64,000 bases of DNA from Nitrospirota bacterium (GTDB lineage: Bacteria > Nitrospirota > UBA9217). The notes under the pieces were generated by a model, which saw only the letters and a list, made by a program, of their open reading frames with translations, ran no database searches and had not been told where the DNA came from. The position numbers and the translations under genes were made by a program. Location of the stretch: the NCBI GenBank assembly GCA_963796285.1, contig CAWCKW010000013.1, positions 256,001 through 320,000 on the forward strand. Direction: 5' to 3'. Of the stretch, positions 39,010-49,456 are shown one piece after another (positions within the stretch are counted from its first letter, which is position 1; each line of letters begins with the position of its first letter).

Positions 39010-39121
39010 TTTCAGATTTACCGGAACGCTGCATATAATAAAAATATCCCTCGTAGTGCCGGGATCGTTCGGCGGCATCTCTCCTCTGTACTATCATTCG
39101 ATCATATTAAAACATGACCTG

Positions 39122-40069
39122 CTACACATGGTTCCGGAGCATGAGTTCCAGGGGGTGAGGATTCAGGTATACCTGCTGTTTGAGGTACTCGACGTTGTAC
39201 TTGCGGACATAGTGCTGCAGCAGGGTGATCGGGACAATGATGGGCGCCAGCTCTTGATGGTAGTTCGCGATCACGTCCTGCAGCTCCTTTTTCTCATTAG
39301 GGGAAAGCTGCTGCTTGAAGTATCCCGCCATATGCTGCAGCACGTTCGTGTTCTTCCTGACCGTGGCAAGGAGTTGAAGTCCTTCCATCAGGGTCGCACA
39401 GTACCGTTCGAATAGTTCTTCACGCTTGTATTGTTTCGGGTCTGCAACGAGCTTGCCCAGGGCAGAATAGTGCTTCGGGCTGTGCGCCATAACCAGGAGC
39501 TTGTGCGCAGTGTGAAATGAAACCAGCCCGCCTGTTGTCCGGTCCGATGCCAAGAACTCCTGCCACCGTTTGTACACGAAGACCCGCTCGATGAAATTTT
39601 CCCGGAGACCAGGGTCGTGGAGCCTGCCTTCATCCTCAACAGGCAAAAGCGGAAACCGGTCTTGAAAGGCCTTTGCAAAGATGCCGGACCCGGTGCTGAT
39701 GGGAACACCTTCGGGAGAGTAGATCTTGACGCCGCGCATGCCCGAACTCGGGGACCGGCTTTTGAACACGAAACCGCAGAGGTCCTCGGCCGCGAGGGTC
39801 GTGACCTTCTTCTTTGCCCATTGACGCATGCGGCTGGTATGGTCCACGCCAGTGCGGATCGTCACGAGGCGCGGGGCCTCGACATCGCCCACGAGATGCA
39901 TGGCCTCGCGCGGCACCGGCAGGCCGCACTCGACCTCGGGACAGACCATCACCCAGTCAACATACGCGCCCAGCGTAAAGGTCAAAAAATGGTCAAGCTT
40001 GTGGCCGCCGTCATAGCGCACCTTTTCGCCCAGGAGGCAGGAGCTAACGCCGAGTTTTATCTTTTCCAA
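39122..40069 (-). CDS. DUF523 plus DUF1722 (YbgA-like) protein
   Basis: GVSSCLLGEKVRYDGGH, CPEVECG, SPSSG, YLNPHP. Confidence 0.9.
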   Translation of the reverse strand: MEKIKLGVSSCLLGEKVRYDGGHKLDHFLTFTLGAYVDWVMVCPEVECGLPVPREAMHLVGDVEAPRLVTIRTGVDHTSRMRQWAKKKVTTLAAEDLCGFVFKSRSPSSGMRGVKIYSPEGVPISTGSGIFAKAFQDRFPLLPVEDEGRLHDPGLRENFIERVFVYKRWQEFLASDRTTGGLVSFHTAHKLLVMAHSPKHYSALGKLVADPKQYKREELFERYCATLMEGLQLLATVRKNTNVLQHMAGYFKQQLSPNEKKELQDVIANYHQELAPIIVPITLLQHYVRKYNVEYLKQQVYLNPHPLELMLRNHV

Positions 40070-40370
40070 AGTTTCTCCCTGACTTGATGACAGGGATAAA
40101 CATAGCACAGCATATCAGTGGTTGCAATGTATAATCAGGTATCGATGCGCATCTCCGATTGATCTGTTATCGAGCTCTTTACCATACGCGTCTTCAGCCC
40201 TGTCCAGCTCTAACCCCTTTTTTTATTCTTTATCTAACCGTCAAGTTCAGCTATAATTTAATAGAATCATACGGTTTATTGCTTTCGAACCCAGCTATCT
40301 ATGTTCAGCAACACTGGAATTCCCGTCGGGACGTGTTGGAAGTGATTTCGTGAACAAGGAGACATCTCAC

Positions 40371-41036
40371 ATGAACGTTCTTGATGCCCTCAATGGTCGC
40401 TATACCGTCCGCGCTTTTAAATCTGACCCGATCGACGCGGATACCCTCCAGAAGATACTGGAATCCGCCCTTCGGGCGCCTTCGTGGGCCAATACCCAGC
40501 CGTGGGAGATCGTTGTTGCCGGCGGCGAGGTCTTGAACAGGCTCCGCACCGCCTATATGGAGGATCTGAAGAACTGTGTACCGCGTAATCCAGACCTCCC
40601 TGTGCCGAAGCAATGGCCGCCCGCGCTGCAAAAACGCATGGAGGCATTGAAAGGAGAACGTCTTGCCGCTCTTGAGCGGGAATGCAAGGACCCGGCCATG
40701 ATCGAGGAACTGTCCCAGCTCAACTATCAGTTCTTTAAAGCGCCGGTCGTTCTGTATCTGTGCATGGACCGGACCCTCACACCCTGGTCGATCTTCGATC
40801 TCGGGTTGTTCGCGCAAAGCCTCATGCTGGCTGCACAGCACTACGGCATCGGCTCAGCTCCCGCGGTTACGCTTGCCGCCCACCCGGACCTTGTCCGGGC
40901 GGAATTGAAGATCCCCGAAGACCTGTTGATCATTATTGGGATAGCGCTTGGCTATCCTGATACACTGCATCCTCAGAACAAGTTCCGGAGTCCCCGGCGC
41001 ACGGTGCAGGACGCAGTTACCTTTACCGGGTGGTAG
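40371..41036 (+). CDS. Nitroreductase family protein
   Basis: RYTVRAF, APSWANTQPW, IALGYPD. Confidence 0.92.
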   Translation: MNVLDALNGRYTVRAFKSDPIDADTLQKILESALRAPSWANTQPWEIVVAGGEVLNRLRTAYMEDLKNCVPRNPDLPVPKQWPPALQKRMEALKGERLAALERECKDPAMIEELSQLNYQFFKAPVVLYLCMDRTLTPWSIFDLGLFAQSLMLAAQHYGIGSAPAVTLAAHPDLVRAELKIPEDLLIIIGIALGYPDTLHPQNKFRSPRRTVQDAVTFTGW

Positions 41037-41165
41037 CAGCGACGGCGCGAGTTTTTTCCTGTGCCGCCGGACCATGCTTTGGCACAGAAACTATGGATCT
41101 CAACTGCTCGTCGAGAAACAAAGAAATAAGTTGCAATCGTTGTCAATAGGAATGCGAGGCAGTCC

Positions 41166-41531
41166 GTGAAAACGAAGAAAAATCTCATTATCGTGGGCGA
41201 CCGGGTCCTCATCGATCCTGATGAACGGATGGACAAGACGCCCTCCGGGCTGTATCTTCCTCCGACGGTCAAGGAGAAGGAAAAGATCATGGGCGGCCAT
41301 GTGGTGAAGACAGGGCCTGGGTATCCCATTCCGGACAACACTCCCGACGAGTCATGGAGAACGGGCAAGAAGGACGTAAAGTACCTCCCCCTGCAGGCTG
41401 CCGAGGGTGATTACGCCATCTTCCTAAAAGATCAATCAATGGAGATCGAGTTCGAGGAGAAGAAATACCTTATCGTTCCCCATTCCGCGATCCTTGCCCT
41501 CGTGCGCACGGAACTGTCTGAAGAGGGATGA
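41166..41531 (+). CDS. Stand-alone GroES-family co-chaperone
   Basis: VGDRVLI, TPSGLYLP, GHVVKTGPG, YLIVPHSAILA. Confidence 0.85.
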   Translation: MKTKKNLIIVGDRVLIDPDERMDKTPSGLYLPPTVKEKEKIMGGHVVKTGPGYPIPDNTPDESWRTGKKDVKYLPLQAAEGDYAIFLKDQSMEIEFEEKKYLIVPHSAILALVRTELSEEG

Positions 41532-41671
41532 TGTCAATCATACCGCTCTGTAAAAAATGTGGTAAAATAACACATCGATAACAAAAAATCATTTCTGTCC
41601 TTGAGCCGACCTTGCTCCGACTGTCTGAAGGAACAGGGAGCGTTATTCGCGGCAATTATAAATTGGTGATC

Positions 41672-43615
41672 ATGAAAATAAATCTCACTCAAAAGATCTT
41701 AGCTTCCCATCTCATCGAGGGGGAGCTCGCAGCCGGCAACGAGATCGGCATCAGGATCGACCACACGCTGCTGCAGGACGCAACGGGCACGCTCGCGATG
41801 CTCGAGTTCGAGGCCCTGGGCCTCGACCGCGTGAAGGTGGAGCTTGCAGCGCAGTATGTTGATCACAACCTGCTCCAGACGGACAACAAGAACGCAGACG
41901 ACCACCGGTTCCTCCAGACGGCTGCGGCGAGATTCGGCATCCATTTCAGCAAGCCGGGCAACGGCGTGTCGCACCAGGTACACATGGAACGCTTCGGCGT
42001 GCCCGGTAAGACACTCCTCGGGTCGGACAGCCACACGCCCGGCGCGGCAGGCGTGTCCATGCTCGGCATCGGCGCCGGAGGTCTGGACGTGGCGCTGGCC
42101 ATGGCCGGGTATCCCTATCATCTCCCGTGTCCAAAGGTGCTCGGCGTAAAACTCATCGGCAAGCTGCCTGACTGGGTAAGCGCAAAGGACGTCATCCTGG
42201 AGATGCTCCGGCGCTACGATGTAAAGGGATGCGTGGGAAAGATCATCGAGTATTACGGCCCGGGAGTTGCGTCGCTTTCCGCAACGGACCGCGAGACCAT
42301 CGGCAACATGGGCACCGAGACCGGGGCAACGTCCTCGGTCTTCCCTTCTGATGAACGGACGCGGGAATATCTCGTCGCCCAGGGCAGAGGTGGCGCGTGG
42401 GTGCCGCTCGGCGCGGACGAAGGGGCCGAGTACGACGAATACGACGAGATCGATCTCGCAAAGCTCGAGCCGCTGATCGCAAAGCCGTCATCGCCCGGGA
42501 ACGTCGTGACGGTGCGCGAAGTGGCCGGCATCAAGGTGGACCAGGCCATTGTGGGCAGCAGCGTGAACTCGTCGTACCGTGACCTGATGATCTCAGCCAA
42601 AATGCTTGAGGGAAGGCGCGTCCACCCGGAGACGAACTTTCACGTGAATCCCGGGAGCCGCGAGGTGATCGAGAACGTTGCGCAGCAGGGCGGGCTCCAG
42701 TTGTTCTTCTTTGCGGGCGCGCGCGTGCACGAGCCCGGGTGCCAGGGATGCATCGGTATGGGCCAGGCGCCCGGCACGGGCGAGGTGAGCCTGCGCACCT
42801 TTCCACGGAATTTCCCGGGCAGGTCAGGGACCAAGGACGACCAGGTCTACCTCTGCTCTCCGGAAACCGCTACTGCGGCGGCACTGAAAGGTGCCATCAT
42901 TGACCCGCGCGATCTGGCCAGGGAAATGGCCTATCCCCGTATCCAGGAGCCGACGAAGATAATCATAGAAGAGAAGTCGATCGTTTTTCCCTCGGACGAG
43001 CTGAGAAAGACCGCGATCGTTCGCGGGCCGAACATCAAGCCCCTGCCGATCCTGGAACCATTGCCGGATACCCTCATCGCAACAGTTGCATTGAAGGTAG
43101 GCGACAATGTGTCCACGGACGCCATTATGCCGGCAGGGAACCGGGTCCTGCCGCTTCGTTCGAACATCGAGGCGATCAGTAATTTCGTCTTTTCCCAGGT
43201 CGATCCGGACTTCGCTCAGGCGGCCAAAGCCATGGGCACGGTGGTGATCATCGGGGGTGAGAACTACGGCCAGGGATCGAGCCGCGAGCATGCGGCGCTC
43301 GCGCCGCGTTATCTGGGCGTGCGCGCTAAGATCGTAAAAAGCTTTGCCCGCATCCACAAGTCGAACCTCTGTAATTTCGGCATTCTCCCGCTAACGTTCA
43401 AGGACCAGTCAGAGTATGATAAACTCAACAAGGGCGCTAACCTTGTGTTCCCCGATGTCCGGAAGCGGATCGAGCGGGGTGACAAAGAGATTCCAGTTGA
43501 GGTTGATGGCCGGACGATCATGACAATGCTTGACGTGTCCGACCGACAGAGGAACCATCTGCTGGCAGGCGGAACGCTTAATTTTGTGAAACAGGAACTG
43601 GAAAGAAGCGGATAG
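41672..43615 (+). CDS. Aconitate hydratase (compact, about 650 aa type)
   Basis: DHN, GSDSHT, GCQGCIGMG, RTFPRNF, YGQGSSREHAA. Confidence 0.92.
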   Translation: MKINLTQKILASHLIEGELAAGNEIGIRIDHTLLQDATGTLAMLEFEALGLDRVKVELAAQYVDHNLLQTDNKNADDHRFLQTAAARFGIHFSKPGNGVSHQVHMERFGVPGKTLLGSDSHTPGAAGVSMLGIGAGGLDVALAMAGYPYHLPCPKVLGVKLIGKLPDWVSAKDVILEMLRRYDVKGCVGKIIEYYGPGVASLSATDRETIGNMGTETGATSSVFPSDERTREYLVAQGRGGAWVPLGADEGAEYDEYDEIDLAKLEPLIAKPSSPGNVVTVREVAGIKVDQAIVGSSVNSSYRDLMISAKMLEGRRVHPETNFHVNPGSREVIENVAQQGGLQLFFFAGARVHEPGCQGCIGMGQAPGTGEVSLRTFPRNFPGRSGTKDDQVYLCSPETATAAALKGAIIDPRDLAREMAYPRIQEPTKIIIEEKSIVFPSDELRKTAIVRGPNIKPLPILEPLPDTLIATVALKVGDNVSTDAIMPAGNRVLPLRSNIEAISNFVFSQVDPDFAQAAKAMGTVVIIGGENYGQGSSREHAALAPRYLGVRAKIVKSFARIHKSNLCNFGILPLTFKDQSEYDKLNKGANLVFPDVRKRIERGDKEIPVEVDGRTIMTMLDVSDRQRNHLLAGGTLNFVKQELERSG

Positions 43616-43627
43616 CTGCGGAGGACT

Positions 43628-43750
43628 AAAAAGTTCAAATCAAGCTACAAAACTTCAAAGAGACAGTATCAAACCTTGACATTGGTTTTGTAAAATTGAT
43701 TGGAACTTTGAGCTTTGTCATTTGTAATGTTTTCTCAGTGTCTCCGTGGC
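43628..43750. repeat. Degenerate CAAA/TTTG heptamer element plus a lone CTCAGTGTCTCCGTGG arm
   Basis: AAGTTCAAATCAAG... and TTTGAGCTTTGTCATTTG; CTCAGTGTCTCCGTGG. Confidence 0.5.
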
Positions 43751-43775
43751 AATAGATTCTCTTTTGGAGGGTGTA

Positions 43776-44957
43776 ATGTCTGAACCCGCAACAACAAAGA
43801 ACATCGGCCTCCGCGGCGTGAAAGTGGCTGACACGAAGATCAGTCACGTCGACGGCGAGAACGGGATCCTCATCTATCGCGGTTACCGCATCGAGGACCT
43901 TGCGAAAAACTCGACTTTCGAGGAAACAGCGTACCTGCTGCTGCATGACAGGTTGCCTGGCGCCGGCGAGCTTGAGGAGTTCAATCGGCAGCTGGTGCGC
44001 GCCCGGCAGATCCCGAGCTTCATTCTCAACACGCTCAAGGACCTGCCGCACGGTGCCCCTCCCATGGACGTGCTCCAGGCGTCGGTCCCGCTCCTGGCCA
44101 TGGCAGATCCTGATGTTACTAATGATTCCCGGGAAGCGAACGTGACAAAGGCCATGAACCTCATCGCCAGTGTCGCGTCACTGGTCGCTGCCTGGCAACG
44201 GATCCGGCATGACAAGGACCCGCTGCCAAACGATGAAGCGCTGTCCCATGCCGGCAATTTTCTGTGGCAGCTGACGGGCGAGAAGCCTGACCCGGAGACA
44301 GCGAAGGATCTTGACACGGCGCTCGTGCTGCATGCGGACCACTCGTTCAATCCATCCACCTTTGCCTGCCGCGAGGTCGTGTCCACGCAAGCGCACATGT
44401 ACGCGGCCGTGGCGGCCGGTGTCGGCGCCTTGTCGGGAAGCCTGCACGGCGGCGCGAATGCGCAGGTGATGAAGATGCTCATGGAGCTGAGGGACGAGAA
44501 GGACGTCCGGGGCTGGGTGAAGAAGCAGCTGGACAGCGGACGGAAGATCATGGGCATGGGCCATGCGGTCTATAAGACGATCGACCCGAGGGCACGGTTC
44601 CTCAAGGAGATGTGCTTCAGGCTCGGGAAAAAACTGGGGCAGGAGCACTGGTGCAACCTCTCGTCTGTGATCGAGGAGAGCGCGGTTTCAGAATTCGAGA
44701 AGCGGGGCAAGACCACGATCAAGCCCAATGTTGATTTCTACAGCGCGCCGGTATACCACATGATGGGGATTCCGGGAGACCTGATGACGCCGATCTTCGC
44801 CGTGTCGCGGATCGCGGGATGGACCGCGCACATCATCGAGGAAAAGTTCGGCGATGCACAGGAGAAGCCCGCGCTCTACCGGCCTTCGTCGGAGTACATT
44901 GGTAATTACTGTGGAAAGACGGGCTGCGCGTATGCTCCGATGGAGACCAGGAAGTAA
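43776..44957 (+). CDS. Citrate synthase (or 2-methylcitrate synthase family)
   Basis: GLRGV, LHADH, LHGGAN, MGMGHAVY, NVDFYS. Confidence 0.92.
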   Translation: MSEPATTKNIGLRGVKVADTKISHVDGENGILIYRGYRIEDLAKNSTFEETAYLLLHDRLPGAGELEEFNRQLVRARQIPSFILNTLKDLPHGAPPMDVLQASVPLLAMADPDVTNDSREANVTKAMNLIASVASLVAAWQRIRHDKDPLPNDEALSHAGNFLWQLTGEKPDPETAKDLDTALVLHADHSFNPSTFACREVVSTQAHMYAAVAAGVGALSGSLHGGANAQVMKMLMELRDEKDVRGWVKKQLDSGRKIMGMGHAVYKTIDPRARFLKEMCFRLGKKLGQEHWCNLSSVIEESAVSEFEKRGKTTIKPNVDFYSAPVYHMMGIPGDLMTPIFAVSRIAGWTAHIIEEKFGDAQEKPALYRPSSEYIGNYCGKTGCAYAPMETRK

Positions 44958-45034
44958 GTGGGTCCAGAGTGCGAATTACGGATTGAGATCAGGGAGAGAA
45001 GTAGTATCGGGAATTGAATGACTCGGAGGACGCA

Positions 45035-46538
45035 ATGGCAGGGAAAAGAGAAAAGGTTGAGAAGAGGAGGCTGGGAACATTACGGGCCAGAACGAAAAAT
45101 CTCGTCCCCGCGAAAGAAGGGGTGAAGAACATGAAGACGGCGACGGTAAAACATAAAACTGCGCAGAGATCGACGCGGATCCTCTCAATCAATCCCTACA
45201 CCGAAGAGGTGATGAAAAAGTTCCCGCTTATGAGCACGGTGGAACTGAACGGGCAGGTGGGCCAGTCTCGTGCTGCTTTTGTGAAGTGGCGCGATGTCCC
45301 TGTTGCGAACCGGGCAGCCTTGATGAAGAACCTGGCAACAGTGCTTCGCGCGGAAAAGAGGAATTATGCCGAGCTTATCACCAAAGAGATGGGAAAGCCC
45401 ATCAGGGAGGCGCTTGCTGAGGTCGAGAAGTGCGCTGTGCTCGCGGACTACTATGCAGCGAACGCTGTGGAGTTCCTGAAACCCGAGGAAATCAAGACCG
45501 AAGCAAAGAAGAGCTACGTCATGTACCAGCCCCTGGGCATTGTGTTGGCAGTCATGCCCTGGAACTTCCCGTTCTGGCAGGCGCTGCGGTTCGGCGTGCC
45601 CGCGGTCGCCGCAGGGAACGTGGCGCTGCTGAAACACGCGTCGAACGTACCCATGACCGCGCTGGCAATCGAGGAGGCCTTTACCAAGGCCGGTTTCCCG
45701 GACAGCGTGTTCAAAACTCTGCTGATCGACGTCTCGCAAACGCTCGGGCTCATTGACGACGACCTGGTGGACGCTGTGTCGCTCACGGGCAGCAACCGGG
45801 CAGGCGAGGACATCGGGGCGCATGCAGGCAAGAAGATCAAGAAGGTCGTGCTCGAACTCGGAGGCTCGGACCCCTACATCGTGCTCGAGGATGCTGATGT
45901 CGAGAAAGCGGGCAGGATGGCGGCTAACGCGCGCATGATCAACACGGGTCAGAGCTGTATTGCCGCAAAGCGCTTCATTGTTATGGACACGATCGCGGAG
46001 GAGTTCACGAAGCACTTCATCGCCCGGCTCAAGGAGCTGAAGATGGGAGACCCGATGGACGAGGGCACGGACATCGGCACCGTGGCAAGGAAGGATATCC
46101 TCGACGGTTTGAAGGAGCAGCTCCGGGACGCGAAGGCAAAAGGCGCACATCGTGCTGACCAGCGGCCAAACCTTCACCAAAGGGCTCTTCTTCACGCCCA
46201 GCGTCGTCCTGAACACCAAACCGAACATGAAGGTCATGACCGAGGAGGTCTTCGGCCCGATTGCCCCGATCATCACCGTCAAGGACGAGGACGAGGCGAT
46301 CAGTGTGGCGAACGATACGGAGTTCGGCCTTGGAGCGTCCCTCTGGAGCAGGGACCTTGCGCGGGCCGAGCGGCTTGCGGCGCGGATCGAGGCCGGAACG
46401 GTAACGATCAACGACATGGTGAAGTCCGACCCGCGTCTGCCCTTCGGCGGCATCAAAAAATCCGGCGTCGGCAGGGAGATGTCGCATCACGGTTTGAAGG
46501 AGTTCGTGAACGTGAAGACTATCGTAGTGAGGGAATAA
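45035..46538 (+). CDS. NAD(P)-dependent succinate-semialdehyde dehydrogenase (GabD/Sad type; frameshift near 46148)
   Basis: MPWNFPFWQ, KHASN, LELGGSDP, GQSCIAAKR; then EEVFGP, PFGGIKKSGVGRE in the next frame. Confidence 0.88.
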
Positions 46539-46591
46539 TCATGAAGCAATGATTAACCGCGGAGACGCTGAGACGCAGAGAAAGACAAAAA

Positions 46592-46813
46592 ATGCCGCGT
46601 AATCACAAATGGACACGGTTAGATAATAAGAAAGAAGAGGCCGTAGGCGAAGCAACGCCAGTGTGGAAATGTCAATGTCCATGTCATAAGGTTGGACAGA
46701 TCGTGATTCATCCAGTGCCATGCTGTGAACCCTGTCCATATTGTAAAAAGAATGTTGCAAGAGGGGCATTGATTGAACACCTGAAGGATTGCAGTAAATA
46801 TCAAAAGACATGA
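46592..46813 (+). CDS. Small Cys/His-rich putative Zn-binding protein (cargo)
   Basis: CQCPCH, CCEPCPYC...H...C; AT-richer than its neighbours. Confidence 0.55.
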   Translation: MPRNHKWTRLDNKKEEAVGEATPVWKCQCPCHKVGQIVIHPVPCCEPCPYCKKNVARGALIEHLKDCSKYQKT

Positions 46814-46845
46814 AATAGTTTCTTAAGTTTTTCTCCGTGTCTCCG

Positions 46846-46876
46846 TTTATGGCCGCGTTTTGGCAACAGCAGGCTA
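46846..46876 (-). mobile_element. 31-bp mini-insertion, copy 2
   Basis: TTTATGGCCGCGTTTTGGCAACAGCAGGCTA is the reverse complement of 33592-33622. Confidence 0.7.
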
Positions 46877-46911
46877 CGTCTCTGCGGTGAAAATTTATTT
46901 GGAGTTCTGGA

Positions 46912-48546
46912 ATGAAGGCATCCGATCTGTTCGTCAAGCAGCTGGAAGAGGAAGGCGTCGAATATATCTTCGGCCTGCCGGGTGAGGAAAACCTGCACTT
47001 TCTCGAATCGCTCCGCACATCGTCGATCAAGGTTATCATCACCCGCCACGAGCAGACCGCGGCGTTCATGGCCGCCACCTACGGCCGGCTCACCGGCAAG
47101 GCAGGCGTGTGCTTTGCGACACTCGGGCCGGGGGCCTTGAACCTGGTAACGGGAGTGGCCCATGCCCAGCTCATCGGCGCCCCGTTCGTATCCATCTCAG
47201 GCCAGAAGGCGCTCCGGGAGAACCGTCAGGCCCGCTTCCAGCTCGTCGATATCGTTAGCCTGATGCGGCCGATCACCAAGGACGCCGTATCCATCGTCGA
47301 TCCGGGAATGGTCCCGACGATCCTCCGGAACGCCTTTAAGCTCGCCCAGGCAGAGAGGCCGGGTGCGGTACATCTGGAACTTCCCGAGGATGTCGCGGAA
47401 AGCGAGACCGATGCAACGGTGCAGAAGCGGGGCCTCGTGCGCAGGCCCGTACCCGATGCCAAGGCGCTCATGCGGGCCGCTGGCCTGATCGATAAGTCGA
47501 AAAATCCGCTCATCATCCTGTCATCGGGCGCGAACCGGAACCTGATCACCAGACAACTGGTGCAGTTCATTGAGAAGACGGGGATCTTTGCCGTACACAC
47601 CCAGATGGGCAAGGGAGTGCTGAGCGATGCGTCGGACCACAGCCTCTTTGCGACGGGAGTTCACCGGCGCGATTACGTCAACTGCGGCATCGACCGGGCG
47701 GATTTGATCATCACGATCGGATATAACATCGTCGAATATCCTCCCTATGTCTGGAACAAGGGCCTCGACAAGAAGATCATTAATATTGATTTCACCGAAG
47801 CGGAGGTGGACCGGTACTATGACCCCGATATCGAGGTCATCGGCGATATCTCCTGCTCGCTCCGGCAGCTCGCGGAACTGATCACGGAAAGGAAGAACGG
47901 TGATACGTTCAAGACCATCCGGGAATTCCTCGACCGGAAGCTTTCGCTCGCATTCAAGAAACAGTATCCCCTGACGCCGCAGCAGGTCGTTTGGCATGTG
48001 CGGGATGTGCTGGCGCATGAGGACATCCTGTCACTGGATAACGGGATCTACAAACTGTGGTTCTCGCGCCTGTACAAGACCTACCGGCCCAATACGTTCC
48101 TGCTGGACAATGCGCTCGCGACCATGGGCGCGGGGCTGCCCGCAGGCATTGCCGCCAGGATGATCAGACCGGATAGGAAGGTCCTTGCGGTCGTGGGAGA
48201 CGGCGGGTTCATGATGAACTCCCGGGAGCTGGAAACCGCGCTGCGGTACAATGTTCCGCTCGTCGTCCTGGTCCTGAATGACAATGCCTTCGGGTTCATC
48301 AAGTGGGAGCAGCAGGCCAAGGGATACCCCTGCTTCGGGCTCGACTATGGGAACCCTGACTTTGTGAAGTACGCCGAAAGCTACGGCGCCGTCGGCATCA
48401 AGGTCCAAGACGGGGACGACCTGTCCGAACTTCTGCGGAAGGCCTTTGCAATGAAGACCGTCGTGCTCATCGAATGCCCGATCGATTATTCGGTCAATTA
48501 CGAGACGTTCTCACAAGAGCTTGCCAATATCGTGTGCGAACGCTGA
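46912..48546 (+). CDS. ThDP-dependent acetolactate-synthase-like enzyme, candidate 2-oxoglutarate decarboxylase
   Basis: YIFGLPGEENLH, RHEQ, TLGPGA, GDGGFMMN...ND, CPIDYS. Confidence 0.85.
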   Translation: MKASDLFVKQLEEEGVEYIFGLPGEENLHFLESLRTSSIKVIITRHEQTAAFMAATYGRLTGKAGVCFATLGPGALNLVTGVAHAQLIGAPFVSISGQKALRENRQARFQLVDIVSLMRPITKDAVSIVDPGMVPTILRNAFKLAQAERPGAVHLELPEDVAESETDATVQKRGLVRRPVPDAKALMRAAGLIDKSKNPLIILSSGANRNLITRQLVQFIEKTGIFAVHTQMGKGVLSDASDHSLFATGVHRRDYVNCGIDRADLIITIGYNIVEYPPYVWNKGLDKKIINIDFTEAEVDRYYDPDIEVIGDISCSLRQLAELITERKNGDTFKTIREFLDRKLSLAFKKQYPLTPQQVVWHVRDVLAHEDILSLDNGIYKLWFSRLYKTYRPNTFLLDNALATMGAGLPAGIAARMIRPDRKVLAVVGDGGFMMNSRELETALRYNVPLVVLVLNDNAFGFIKWEQQAKGYPCFGLDYGNPDFVKYAESYGAVGIKVQDGDDLSELLRKAFAMKTVVLIECPIDYSVNYETFSQELANIVCER

Positions 48547-48681
48547 ACCATCCCGGGAAACTGTTGTAAAGCGTTAATTCAAAAACGCCACCGAGCTGCA
48601 ATAACCTGATCCTTCAGTCCAGAATGCAGCTTGACAAATGCCGGATTATGAGCAATTATTTAAATAAAAAGGAGGCCTGAG

Positions 48682-49122
48682 ATGAAAAAGAATATATGTG
48701 CAGGGTTTTCGTTGGGACTACTGTTGAGCATTATGTGTCTGGTACTTGCGGGATGCGGGGGGGGAAGCGGCGGTGGTGACAACGCTGTCGCGTCGTCGGT
48801 CACGGTCGTGGACTGTTCAACAGTAACACCGGCGGCTACTGTCACGGCAGAAGGAACGCTCCAATTCAGTCCCGATACCGTCACAATACCGGTGAACAAC
48901 GTGGTACGGTGGATCAGCGCCAGCACCCTCGCCCACACTGTGACGAGCGGGATAGTGACGGGCGGAACAGTGACGACAGCGTCGCCGGACGGAAAATTTG
49001 ACCAACCTCTCAACACTAACGGCTCGTCCGTATGTCTCAAGTTCACCGCGGCAGGGACATACAATTACTATTGTACGTTTCACTATGCTATGGGTATGAA
49101 AGGCGTCGTCACGGTCCAGTAA
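48682..49122 (+). CDS. Cupredoxin (plastocyanin/azurin-like) lipoprotein
   Basis: Lipobox LAGC; HTVT and YYCTFH...MKG type-1 copper ligands. Confidence 0.88.
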   Translation: MKKNICAGFSLGLLLSIMCLVLAGCGGGSGGGDNAVASSVTVVDCSTVTPAATVTAEGTLQFSPDTVTIPVNNVVRWISASTLAHTVTSGIVTGGTVTTASPDGKFDQPLNTNGSSVCLKFTAAGTYNYYCTFHYAMGMKGVVTVQ

Positions 49123-49210
49123 CCGCGGCCACGGTAGGAAGTCATACCAGCGCATTTTTTGATCGCAATTGCTGCGCACATCCCTGCCTGCTGGGAAGAC
49201 GATGGAAAAA

Positions 49211-49254
49211 TAAACGCCCCTATGCAGTTGTAAAGCACAGGGGCGTTTTCTTTT
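49211..49254 (+). terminator. Probable intrinsic terminator
   Basis: AAACGCCCCT...AGGGGCGTTTTCTTTT. Confidence 0.65.
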
Positions 49255-49456
49255 GGCCTCTGCTTATGCGCCGGCACGTGAGAGCTCCAGATTGTGGAAT
49301 AACATGCTATAGTTCAGTTTTAATGTATGGCAGCGCCGCAGAATCAGTCTAAGCAATAACCATAGATCAGGATTGTTTTTGGAACTAAAAGCTCAGCATG
49401 GTATAATGCCACAACACCTATGAAAATAAAGACCACGGGTCTGCGGAGATCGAACG

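Larger units (their letters stand above)
46556..46888. mobile_element. Inverted 8-mer-array element bracketing a cargo ORF
   Basis: ACCGCGGAGACGCTGAGACGCAGAG ... CTCCGTGTCTCCG[31 bp]CGTCTCTGCGGT around an AT-richer interior. Confidence 0.65.
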
